From Nemertoderma westbladi (taxonomy: Eukaryota; Animalia; Xenacoelomorpha): a stretch of DNA of 64,000 bases. The notes under the pieces were generated by a model. It searched no databases and was not told the origin of the DNA. It was given only the letters and a program-made list of their open reading frames with translations. Where the stretch lies: NCBI GenBank assembly GCA_032718475.1, contig JAUCBJ010007015.1, forward strand, positions 9,407 to 73,406, given 5' to 3'. This document shows positions 29,701-43,069 of this stretch, piece by piece; the stretch's first letter is position 1; every line of letters begins with the position of its first letter. The position numbers and the translations under genes are program-made.

Positions 29701-32700
29701 GGTACTTACATGATACACCAATACTTGAGGTACTTACATGATACACCAATACTTGCGGTACTTACATGATGCACCAATACTTGAGGTACTTACATGATAC
29801 ACCAATACTTGCGGTACTTACATGATACACCAATACTTGCGGTACTTACATGATACACCAATACTTGCGGTACTTACATGATACACCAATACTTGCGGTA
29901 CTTACATGATACACAATAGTTGTGGTGCTTACATGATACACAATACTTGCGGTACTTACATGATACACCAATACTTGCGGTACTTACATGATACACCAAT
30001 ACTTGAGGTACTTACATGGTACACCAATACTTGAGGTACTTACATGATACACCAATACTTGCAGTACTTACATGGTACACAATAGTTGCGGTACTTACAT
30101 GGTACACCAATACTTGCGGTACTTACATGATACACCAATACTTGAGGTACTTAAATGATACACCAATACTTGCGGTACTTACATGATACACCAATACTTG
30201 CGGTACTTACATGATACACCAATACTTGCGGTACTTACATGATACACCAATACTTGCGGTACTTACATGATACACAATAGTTGTGGTGCTTACATGATAC
30301 ACAATACTTGCGGTACTTACATGATACACCAATACTTGCGGTACTTACATGATACACCAATACTTGAGGTACTTACATGGTACACCAATACTTGCGGTAC
30401 TTACATGATACACCAATACTTGCGGTACTCACTTGCGGTACTTACATGATACACCAATACTTGAGGTACTTACATGATACACCAATACTTGCGGTACTTA
30501 CATGATACACCAATACTTGCGGTACTTACATGGTACACCAATACTTGCGGTACTTACATGATACACCAATACTTGAGGTACTCACTTGCGGTACTTACAT
30601 GATACACAATACTTGCGGTACTTACATGATACACCAATACTTGCGGTACTTACATGATACACCAATACTTGCGGTACTTACATGATACACCAATACTTGC
30701 AGTACTTACATGGTACACAATAGTTGCGGTACTTACATGGTACACCAATACTTGCGGTACTTACATGGTACACCAATACTTGAGGTACTTACATGATACA
30801 CCAATACTTGCAGTACTTACATGGTACACAATAGTTGCGGTACTTACATGGTACACCAATACTTGCGGTACTTACATGATACACCAATACTTGCAGTACT
30901 TACATGGTACACCACTACTTGCGGTACTTACATGGTACACCAATACTTGCGGTACTTACATGATACACCAATACTTGCAGTACTTACATGGTACACCAAT
31001 ACTTGCGGTACTTACATGATACACCAATACTTGCGGTACTTACATGGTACACCAATACTTGAGGTACTTACATGGTACACCAATACTTGCAGTACTTACA
31101 TGGTACACCAATACTTGCGGTACTTACATGGTACACCAATACTTGCGGTACTTACATGATACACCAATACTTGCAGTACCTACATGGTACACCAATACTT
31201 GCGGTACTTACATGGTACACCAATACTTGCGGTACTTACATGGTACACCAATACTTGCAGTACTTACATGGTACACCAATACTTGCGGTACTTACACGGT
31301 ACACCAATACTTGCGGTACTTACATAGTACACCAATACTTGCGGTACTTACATGGTACACCAATACTTGCGGTACTTACATGATACACCAATACTTGCGG
31401 TACTTACATGGTACACCAATACTTGCGGTACTTACATGGTACACCAATACTTGCGGTACTTACATGATACACCAATACTTGCGGTACTTACATGGTACAC
31501 CAATACTTGAGGTACTTACATGATACACCAATACTTGCAGTACTTACATGGTACACAATAGTTGCGGTACTTACATGGTACACCAATACTTGCGGTACTT
31601 ACATGGTACACCAATACTTGCGGTACTTACATGATACACCAATACTTGCGGTACTTACATGATACACCAATACTTGAGGTACTTACATGATACACCAATA
31701 CTTGCGGTACTTACATGATACACCAATACTTGCGGTACTTACATGATACACAATAGTTGCGGTGCTTACATGACACACAATACTTGCGGTACTTACATGA
31801 TAGACGAATACTTGCGGTACTTACATGGTACACCAATACTTGCGGTACTTACATGATACACCAATACTTGCGGTACTTACATGATACACCAATACTTGAG
31901 GTACTTACATGATACACCAATACTTGCGGTACTTACATGATACACCAATACTTGAGGTACTTACATGATACACCAATACTTGCGGTACTTACATGATACA
32001 CCAATACTTGCGGTACTTACATGATACACCAATACTTGCGGTACTTACATGATACACCAATACTTGCGGTACTTACATGATACACAATAGTTGTGGTGCT
32101 TACATGATACACAATACTTGCGGTACTTACATGATACACCAATACTTGCGGTACTTACATGATACACCAATACTTGAGGTACTTACATGGTACACCAATA
32201 CTTGAGGTACTTACATGATACACCAATACTTGCAGTACTTACATGGTACACAATAGTTGCGGTACTTACATGGTACACCAATACTTGCGGTACTTACATG
32301 ATACACCAATACTTGAGGTACTTACATGATACACCAATACTTGCGGTACTTACATGATACACCAATACTTGCGGTACTTACATGATACACCAATACTTGC
32401 GGTACTTACATGATACACCAATACTTGCGGTACTTACATGATACACAATAGTTGTGGTGCTTACATGATACACAATACTTGCGGTACTTACATGATACAC
32501 CAATACTTGCGGTACTTACATGATACACCAATACTTGAGGTACTTACATGGTACACCAATACTTGAGGTACTTACATGATACACCAATACTTGCAGTACT
32601 TACATGGTACACAATAGTTGCGGTACTTACATGGTACACCAATACTTGCGGTACTTACCTGATACACAATACTTGCGGTACTTACATGATACACCAATAC

Positions 32701-34053
32701 GTGCGGTACTTACATGATACACCAATACGTGCGGTACTTACATGATACACCAATACTTGCGGTACTTACATGGTACACCAATACTTGCGGTACTTACATG
32801 ATACACCAATACTTGAGGTACTCACTTGCGGTACTTACATGATACACAATACAGCGGTACTTACATGATACACCAATACTTGCGGTACTTACATGATACA
32901 CCAATACTTGAGGTACTTACATGATACACCAATATTTGCGGTACTTACATGATACACCAATACTTGAGGTACTCACTTGCGGTACTTACATGATACACAA
33001 TACTTGCGGTACTTACATGATACACCAATACTTGCGGTACTTACATGATACACCAATACTTGAGGTACTCACTTGCGGTACTTACATGATACACCAATAC
33101 TTGAGGTACTCACTTGCGGTACTTACATGATACACCAATACTTGAGGTACTCACTTGCGGTACTTACATGATACACAATACTTGCGGTAGTTACATGATA
33201 CACCAATACTTGCGGTACTTACATGATACACCAATACTTGCGGAACCAGCTGTACATGATACACCATTACTTTTCGGTACTTCATGATACACCAATACTT
33301 GCAGTACTTACATGATACACCAATACTTGCGGTACTTACATGATACACCAATAATTGCGGAACCAGCTGTACATGATACACCAATACTTGCGGTACTTAC
33401 AAGATAAACCAATACTTGCGGTACTTACATGATACACCAATACTTGCGGTACTTACATGATACACCAATACTTGAGGTACTTACATGATACACCAATACT
33501 TGAGGTACTTACATGATACACCAATACATGCGGTACTTACATGATACACCAATACTTGAGGTACTTACATGATACACCAATACTTGCGGTACTTACATGA
33601 TACACCAATACTTGCGGTACTTACATGATACACAATACTTGCGGTACTTACATGATACACCAATACTTGCGGTACTTACATGATACACCAATACTTGCGG
33701 TACTTACATGATACACCAATACTTGCGGTACTTACATGGTACACCAATACTTGAGGTACTCACTTGTGGTACTTACATGATACACCAATACTTGCGGTAC
33801 TTACATGATACACCAATACTTGAGGTACTTACATGATACACCAATACTTGCGGTACTTACATGATACACCAATACTTGCGGTGCTTACATGATACACCAA
33901 TACTTGCGGTACTTACATGATACACCAATACTTGCGGTACTTACATGATACACCAATACTTGCGGTACTTACATGGTACACCAATACTTGAGGTACTCAC
34001 TTGTGGTACTTACATGATACACCAATACTTGCGGTACTTACATGATACACCAA
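11720..34053. repeat. 28-bp tandem satellite, right arm (~22.3 kb), with kb-scale higher-order repeats; its last unit overlaps the PLSCR exon
   Basis: Same unit as 1-4241. A 2935-bp duplication is shown by rare markers at 13431/16366, 13601/16536 and 14461/17396. HORs of ~2.2-2.4 kb are shown by GATAGACGAAT at about 27205, 29628 and 31799. The array ends at ...CATGATACACCAA (34053). Confidence 0.98.
34036..34044 (-). promoter_or_regulatory. 5' splice donor CAT|GTAAGT of the PLSCR exon (first satellite unit)
   Basis: Perfect GTAAGT immediately after ...FGVS+T, at the point where scramblase similarity stops. Confidence 0.85.
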
Positions 34054-34268
34054 ACAAATCGGCATCAGTAAAGAGTTCCTTAGCGATCCCGCTGAATTTC
34101 TTTGCGATCTCACCAATAGGAGTTCCTCTACGATCCAGATGAGAATTGATGTTAAACGTCTTATCGAAACACCACAATATATCACATATAAGAAGTGGAC
34201 CCTTTATTCCGAATATAGGATAATGGTCCTTATCCAAAATTTCAAATCTTGGAGCTAATAAACTGCAT
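34042..34268 (-). CDS. PLSCR: Internal exon of a phospholipid scramblase (PLSCR/Scramblase family) gene
   Basis: Acceptor ...AAAATATTCACAG| and donor TCAT|GTAAGT bound 227 nt (1 nt + 75 codons + 1 nt) encoding CSLLAPRFEILDKDHYPIFGIKGPLLICDILWCFDKTFNINSHLDRRGTPIGEIAKKFSGIAKELFTDADLFGVS. This matches the scramblase pattern recalled from human PLSCR1 (PKFTI...KISGP...[25 protein letters not shown]). The leftover T fits the following Phe codon. Confidence 0.9.
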
Positions 34269-34300
34269 CTGTGAATATTTTATAAGTAAAAGAAATAAAC
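34269..34300 (-). promoter_or_regulatory. 3' splice acceptor of the PLSCR exon
   Basis: Minus strand reads GTTTATTTCTTTTACTTATAAAATATTCACAG|A, a T-rich tract plus CAG ahead of the open frame. Confidence 0.75.
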
Positions 34301-34342
34301 TTAATAATGATTACAGTCATTTTAGTGCGATTATTTATAATA

Positions 34343-37300
34343 TAAAATAACTACGAATACAATTAAAATAACTACAAATACAATTAAAATAACTATGAAT
34401 ACAATTAAAATAACTACGAATAGAATTAAAATGACTACAAATACAATTAAAATAACTACAAATACAATTATTAAAATAACTATGAATACAATTAAAATAA
34501 CTACAAATACAATTAAAATAACTACAAATACAATTAAAATAACTACAAATACAATTAAAATAACTACGAATACAATTAAAATGACTACAAATACAATTAA
34601 AATAACTACGAATACAATTAAAATAACTATGAATACAATTAAAATAACTACGAATACAATTAAAATAACTACAAATACAATTAAAATAACAACGAATACA
34701 ATTAAAATAACTACGAATACAATTATTAAAATAACTATGAATACAATTAAAATAACTATGAATACAATTAAAATAACTACGAATACAGATAAAATAACTA
34801 CGAATACAATTAAAATAACTACGAATACAGTTAAAATAACTACGAATACAATTAAAATAACTACGAATACAGTTAAAATAACTACGAATACAATTAAAAT
34901 AACTACAAATACAATTAAAATAACAACGAATACAATTAAAATAACTACGAATACAATTAAAATAACTACAAATACAATTATTAAAATAACTATGAATACA
35001 ATTAAAATAACTATGAATACAATTAAAATAACTACGAATACAATTAAAATAACTACAAATACAATTAAAATAACAACGAATACAATTAAAATAACTACGA
35101 ATACAATTAAAATAACAACGAATACAATTAAAATAACTACGAATACAATTAAAATAACTATGAATACAATTAAAATAACTACAAATACAATTATTAAAAT
35201 AACTATGAATACAATTAAAATAACTACGAATACAGTTAAAATAACTACAAATACAATTATTAAAATAACTACGAATACAATTAAAATAATTACAAATACA
35301 ATTAAAATAACTACGAATACAATTAAAATAACTACGAATACAATTAAAATAACAACGAATACAATTAAAATAACTACGAATACAATTAAAATAACTACAA
35401 ATACAATTATTAAAATAACTATGAATACAATTAAAATAACTACGAATACAGTTAAAATAACTACAAATACAATTATTAAAATAACTACGAATACAATTAA
35501 AATAATTACAAATACAATTAAAATAACTACGAATACAATTAAAATAACAACGAATACAATTAAAATAACTACGAATACAATTATTAAAATAACTATGAAT
35601 ACAATTAAAATAACTACGAATACAATTAAAATAACTACGAATACAATTATTAAAATAACTATGAATACAATTATTAAAATAACTACGAATACAGTTAAAA
35701 TAACTACAAATACAATTATTAAAATAACTACGAATACAATTAAAATAATTACAAATACAATTAAAATAACTACGAATACAATTAAAATAACTACGAATAC
35801 AATTAAAATAACAACGAATACAATTAAAATAACTACGAATACAATTAAAATAACTACAAATACAATTATTAAAATAACTATGAATACAATTAAAATAACT
35901 ACGAATACAGTTAAAATAACTACAAATACAATTATTAAAATAACTACGAATACAATTAAAATAATTACAAATACAATTAAAATAACTACGAATACAATTA
36001 AAATAACAACGAATACAATTAAAATAACTACGAATACAATTATTAAAATAACTATGAATACAATTAAAATAACTACGAATACAATTAAAATAACTACAAA
36101 TACAATTATTAAAATAACTACGAATACAATTAAAATAATTACAAATACAATTAAAATAACTACGAATACAATTAAAATAACAACGAATACAATTAAAATA
36201 ACTACGAATACAATTATTAAAATAACTATGAATACAATTTAAATAACTACGAATACAATTAAAATAACTACAAATACAATTATTAAAATAACTATGAATA
36301 CAATTAAAATAACTACGAATACAGTTAAAATAACTACAAATACAATTATTAAAATAACTACGAATACAATTAAAATAACTACAAATACAATTATTAAAAT
36401 AACTACGAATACAATTAAAATAACTACAAATACAATTAAAATAACAACGAATACAATTAAAATAACTACAAATACAATTATTAAAATAACTACAAATACA
36501 ATTAAAATAACTACGAATACAATTAAAATAACTACAAATACAATTAAAATAACTACGAATACAATTAAAATAACTACAAATACAATTATTAAAATAACTA
36601 CAAATACAATTAAAATAACTACGAATACAATTAAAATAACAACGAATACAATTAAAATAACTACAAATACAATTAAAATAACTACGAATACAATTATTAA
36701 AATAACTACAAATACAATTAAAATAACTACGAATACAATTAAAATAACTACGAATACAATTAAAATAACTACAAATACAATTATTAAAATAACTACAAAT
36801 ACAATTAAAATAACTACGAATACAATTAAAATAACAACGAATACAATTAAAATAACTACAAATACAATTAAAATGACTACGAATACAATTAAAATAACAA
36901 CGAATACAATTAAAATAATTACAAATACAATTAAAATAACTACAAATACAATTATTAAAATAACTACAAATACAATTATTAAAATAACTACAAATACAAT
37001 TATTAAAATAACTACAAATACAATTAAAATAACTACGAATACAATTAAAATAACTACAAATACAATTATTAAAATAACTACAAATACAATTAAAATAACT
37101 ACGAATACAATTAAAATAACTACGAATACAATTAAAATAACTACAAATACAATTATTAAAATAACTACAAATACAATTAAAATAACTACGAATACAATTA
37201 AAATAACAACGAATACAATTAAAATAACTACAAATACAATTAAAATAACTACGAATACAATTAAAATAACTACAAATACAATTATTAAAATAACTACAAA

Positions 37301-40300
37301 TACAATTAAAATAACTACGAATACAATTAAAATAACTACAAATACAATTATTAAAATAACTACAAATACAATTAAAATAACAACGAATACAATTAAAATA
37401 ACTACAAATACAAATAAAATAACTACGAATACAATTAAAATAACTACAAATACAATTATTAAAATAACTACAAATACAATTAAAATAACTACAAATACAA
37501 TTATTAAAATAACTACAAATACAATTAAAATAACTACGAATACAATTAAAATAACTACAAATACAATTATTAAAATAACTACAAATACAATTAAAATAAC
37601 TACAAATACAATTATTAAAATAACTACAAATACAATTATTAAAATAACTACAAATACAATTAAAATAACTACGAATACAATTAAAATAACTACAAATACA
37701 ATTATTAAAATAACTACAAATACAATTAAAACAACTACGAATACAATTAAAATAACTACGAATACAATTAAAATAACTACAAATACAATTATTAAAATAA
37801 CTACAAATACAATTAAAATAACTACGAATACAATTAAAATAACTACGAATACAATTAAAATAACTACAAATACAATTATTAAAATAACTACAAATACAAT
37901 TAAAATAACTACGAATACAATTAAAATAACAACGAATACAATTAAAATAACTACAAATACAATTATTAAAATGACTACGAATACAATTAAAATAACAACG
38001 AATACAATTAAAATAATTACAAATACAATTAAAATAACTACGAATACAATTAAAATAACTACGAATACAATTAAAATAACTACAAATACAATTATTAAAA
38101 TGACTATGAATACAATTAAAATAACTACGAATACAGTTAAAATAACTACAAATACAATTATTAAAATAACTACGAATACAATTAAAATAATTACAAATAC
38201 AATTAAAATAACTACGAATACAATTAAAATAACTACGAATACAATTAAAATAACTACAAATACAATTATTAAAATGACTATGAATACAATTAAAATAACT
38301 ACGAATACAGTTAAAATAACTACAAATACAATTATTAAAATAACTACGAATACAATTAAAATAACTACAAATACAATTATTAAAATAACTATGAATACAA
38401 TTAAAATAACTACGAATACAGTTAAAATAACTACAAATACAATTATTAAAATAACTACGAATACAATTAAAATAATTACAAATACAATTAAAATAACTAC
38501 GAATACAATTAAAATAACTACGAATACAATTAAAATAACTACGAATACAATTAAAATAACTACAAATACAATTATTAAAATAACTACAAATACAATTAAA
38601 ATAACTACGAATACAATTAAAATAACAACGAATACAATTAAAATAACTACGAATACAATTAAAATAACTACAAATACAATTAAAATAACTACGAATACAA
38701 TTAAAATAACTACAAATACAATTATTAAAATAACTACAAATACAATTAAAATAACTACAAATACAATTATTAAAATAACTACAAATACAATTAAAATAAC
38801 TACAAATACAATTAAAATAACTACGAATACAATTAAAATAACTACAAATACAATTATTAAAATAACTACAAATACAATTAAAATAACTACGAATACAATT
38901 AAAATAACTACAAATACAATTATTAAAATAACTATGAATACAATTAAAATAACTACGAATACAATTAAAATAACTACAAATACAATTATTAAAATAACTA
39001 CAAATACAATTAAAATAACTACGAATACAATTAAAATAACTACAAATACAATTATTAAAATAACTACAAATACAATTAAAATAACTACAAATACAATTAA
39101 AATAACTACGAATACAATTAAAATAACTACAAATACAATTATTAAAATAACTACAAATACAATTAAAATAACTACGAATACAATTAAAATAACTACAAAT
39201 ACAATTATTAAAATAACTACAAATACAATTAAAATAACTACGAATACAATTAAAATAACTACAAATACAATTATTAAAATAACTATGAATACAATTAAAA
39301 TAACTACGAATACAATTAAAATAACAACGAATACAATTAAAATAACTACGAATACAATTAAAATAACAACGAATACAATTAAAATAACTACGAATACAAT
39401 TAAAATAACTACGAATACAATTAAAATAACTACGAATACAATTAAAATAACTACGAATATAATTAAAATAACTACAAATACAATTATTAAAATAACTATG
39501 AATACAATTAAAATAACTACGAATACAGTTAAAATAACTACAAATACAATTATTAAAATAACTACGAATACAATTAAAATAACTACAAATACAATTAAAA
39601 TAACTACGAATACAATTAAAATAACTACGAATACAATTAAAATAACATCGAATACAATTAAAATAACTACGAATACAATTAAAATAACTACAAATACAAT
39701 TATTAAAATAACTATGAATACAATTAAAATAACTACGAATACAGTTAAAATAACTACAAATACAATTATTAAAATAACTATGAATACAATTAAAATAACT
39801 ACGAATACAGTTAAAATAACTACAAATACAATTATTAAAATAACTACGAATACAATTAAAATAACTACAAATACAATTAAAATAACTACGAATACAATTA
39901 AAATAACTACGAATACAATTAAAATAACTACGAATACAATTAAAATAACTACAAATACAATTATTAAAATAACTATGAATACAATTAAAATAACTACGAA
40001 TACAGTTAAAATAACTACAAATACAATTATTAAAATAACTACGAATACAATTAAAATAACTACGAATACAATTAAAATAACTACAAATACAATTATTAAA
40101 ATAACTATGAATACAATTAAAATAACTACGAATACAGTTAAAATAACTACAAATACAATTATTAAAATAACTACGAATACAATTAAAATAACTACAAATA
40201 CAATTAAAATAACTACGAATACAATTAAAATAACTACGAATACAATTAAAATAACATCGAATACAATTAAAATAACTACGAATACAATTAAAATAACTAC

Positions 40301-43069
40301 AAATACAATTATTAAAATAACTATGAATACAATTAAAATAATTACAAATACAATTAAAATAACTACGAATATAATTAAAATAACAACGAATACAATTAAA
40401 ATAACTACGAATACAATTAAAATAACTACAAATACATTTATTAAAATAACTACAAATACAATTAAAATAACTACAAATACAATTAAAATAACTATGAATA
40501 CAATTAAAATAACTACGAATACAATTAAAATAACTACAAATACAATTATTAAAATAACAACAAATACAATTAAAATAACTACGAATACAATTAAATTAAT
40601 TACAAATACAATTATTAAAATAACTATGAATACAATTAAAATAATTACAAATACAATTATTAAAATAACTACGAATACAATTAAAATAATTACAAATACA
40701 ATTAAAATAACTACGAATATAATTAAAATAACAACGAATACAATTATACAGTATATGTAGTTATTATATATATATATATACAAATACATATACAAATATA
40801 TATATACTACAAATACAATTAAAATAACTATGAATACAATTAAAATAACTACGAATACAATTAAAATAACAACGAATACAATTAAAATAACTACGAATAC
40901 AATTAAAATAACATCGAATACAATTAAAATAACTACGAATACAATTAAAATAACTACAAATACAATTATTAAAATAACTATGAATACAATTAAAATAATT
41001 ACAAATACAATTAAAATAACTACGAATATAATTAAAATAACAACGAATACAATTAAAATAACTACGAATACAGTTAAAATAATTACAAATACAATTAAAA
41101 TAACTACGAATATAATTAAAATAACAACGAATACAATTAAAATAACTACGAATACAATTAAAATAACAACGAATACAATTAAAATAAAATGACTACGAAT
41201 ACAATTAAAATAACTACGAATACAGTTAAAATAATTACAAATACAATTAAAATAACTACGAATACAGTTAAAATAATTACAAATACAATTAAAATAACTA
41301 CGAATATAATTAAAATAACAACGAATACAATTAAAATAACTACGAATACAATTAAAATAACTACAAATACAATTATTAAAATAACTATGAATACAATTAA
41401 AATAATTACAAATACAATTAAAATAACTACGAATACAATTAAAATAACAACGAATACAATTAAAATAACTACGAATACAATTAAAATAACATCGAATACA
41501 ATTAAAATAATTACGAATACAATTAAAATAACTACAAATACAATTATTAAAATAACTATGAATACAATTAAAATAATTACAAATACAATTAAAATAACTA
41601 CGAATATAATTAAAATAACAACGAATACAATTAAAATAACTACGAATACAATTAAAATAACTACAAATACAATTATTAAAATAACTACAAATACAATTAA
41701 AATAACTACAAATACAATTAAAATAACTATGAATACAATTAAAATAACTACGAATACAATTAAAATAACTACAAATACAATTATTAAAATAACAACAAAT
41801 ACAATTAAAATAACTACGAATACAATTAAATTAATTACAAATACAATTATTAAAATAACTATGAATATAATTAAAATAATTACAAATACAATTATTAAAA
41901 TAACTACGAATACAATTAAAATAATTACAAATACAATTAAAATAACTACGAATATAATTAAAATAACAACGAATACAATTATACAGTATATGTAGTTATT
42001 ATATATATATATATACAAATACATATACAAATATATATATACTACAAATACAATTAAAATACTATGAATACAATTAAAATAACTACGAATACAATTAAAA
42101 TAACAACGAATACAATTAAAATAACTACGAATACAATTAAAATAACATCGAATACAATTAAAATAACTACGAATACAATTAAAATAACTACAAATACAAT
42201 TATTAAAATAACTATGAATACAATTAAAATAATTACAAATACAATTAAAATAACTACGAATATAATTAAAATAACAACGAATACAATTAAAATAACTACG
42301 AATACAGTTAAAATAATTACAAATACAATTAAAATAACTACGAATACAATTAAAATAACTACAAATACAATTAAAATAACTACGAATATAATTAAAATAA
42401 CAACGAATACAATTAAAATAACTACGAATACAATTAAAATAACAACGAATACAATTAAAATAAAATGACTACGAATACAATTAAAATAACTACGAATACA
42501 GTTAAAATAATTACAAATACAATTAAAATAACTACGAATACAGTTAAAATAATTACAAATACAATTAAAATAACTACGAATATAATTAAAATAACAACGA
42601 ATACAATTAAAATAACTACGAATACAATTAAAATAACTACAAATACAATTATTAAAATAACTATGAATACAATTAAAATAATTACAAATACAATTAAAAT
42701 AACTACGAATACAATTAAAATAACAACGAATACAATTAAAATAACTACGAATACAATTAAAATAACATCGAATACAATTAAAATAATTACGAATACAATT
42801 AAAATAACTACAAATACAATTATTAAAATAACTATGAATACAATTAAAATAATTACAAATACAATTAAAATAACTACGAATATAATTAAAATAACAACGA
42901 ATACAATTAAAATAACTACGAATACAATTAAAATAACTACAAATACAATTATTAAAATAACTACAAATACAATTAAAATAACTACAAATACAATTAAAAT
43001 AACTATGAATACAATTAAAATAACTACGAATACAATTAAAATAACTACAAATACAATTATTAAAATAAC
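34343..43069. repeat. 21/24-bp AT-rich satellite, left arm (AATACAATT[ATT]AAAATAACTAC[G/A])
   Basis: Continuous tandem units. It includes a ~1.24-1.28 kb HOR marked by a (TA)n-containing interruption at about 40746 and 41981. Confidence 0.98.

Noticed and set aside
18400-31300. Recursive splice sites (TAG|GT in GTAGGTAC variants on the minus strand)
   Set aside because: There is no polypyrimidine tract upstream and the regenerated donor GTACTG is weak. It cannot be supported without lariat or saw-tooth read data.
1-34053. Dozens of ORFs of the MIHQYLRYLHDTPILAVLT type
   Set aside because: They are translations of the 28-bp satellite cycling through three frames, and their stops depend only on the TGA/TGG polymorphism.
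1-34053. CRISPR array (28-bp repeat length)
   Set aside because: Repeats are directly adjacent with no unique spacers, there are no cas genes, and the context is eukaryotic.
33945-34237. ORF-track calls 33945-34142 (+), 33997-34185 (-) and 34010-34237 (-) as stand-alone genes
   Set aside because: The first two are shadow frames. The third is the PLSCR exon frame read from a TTG into the intron, and the splice-defined exon explains it better.
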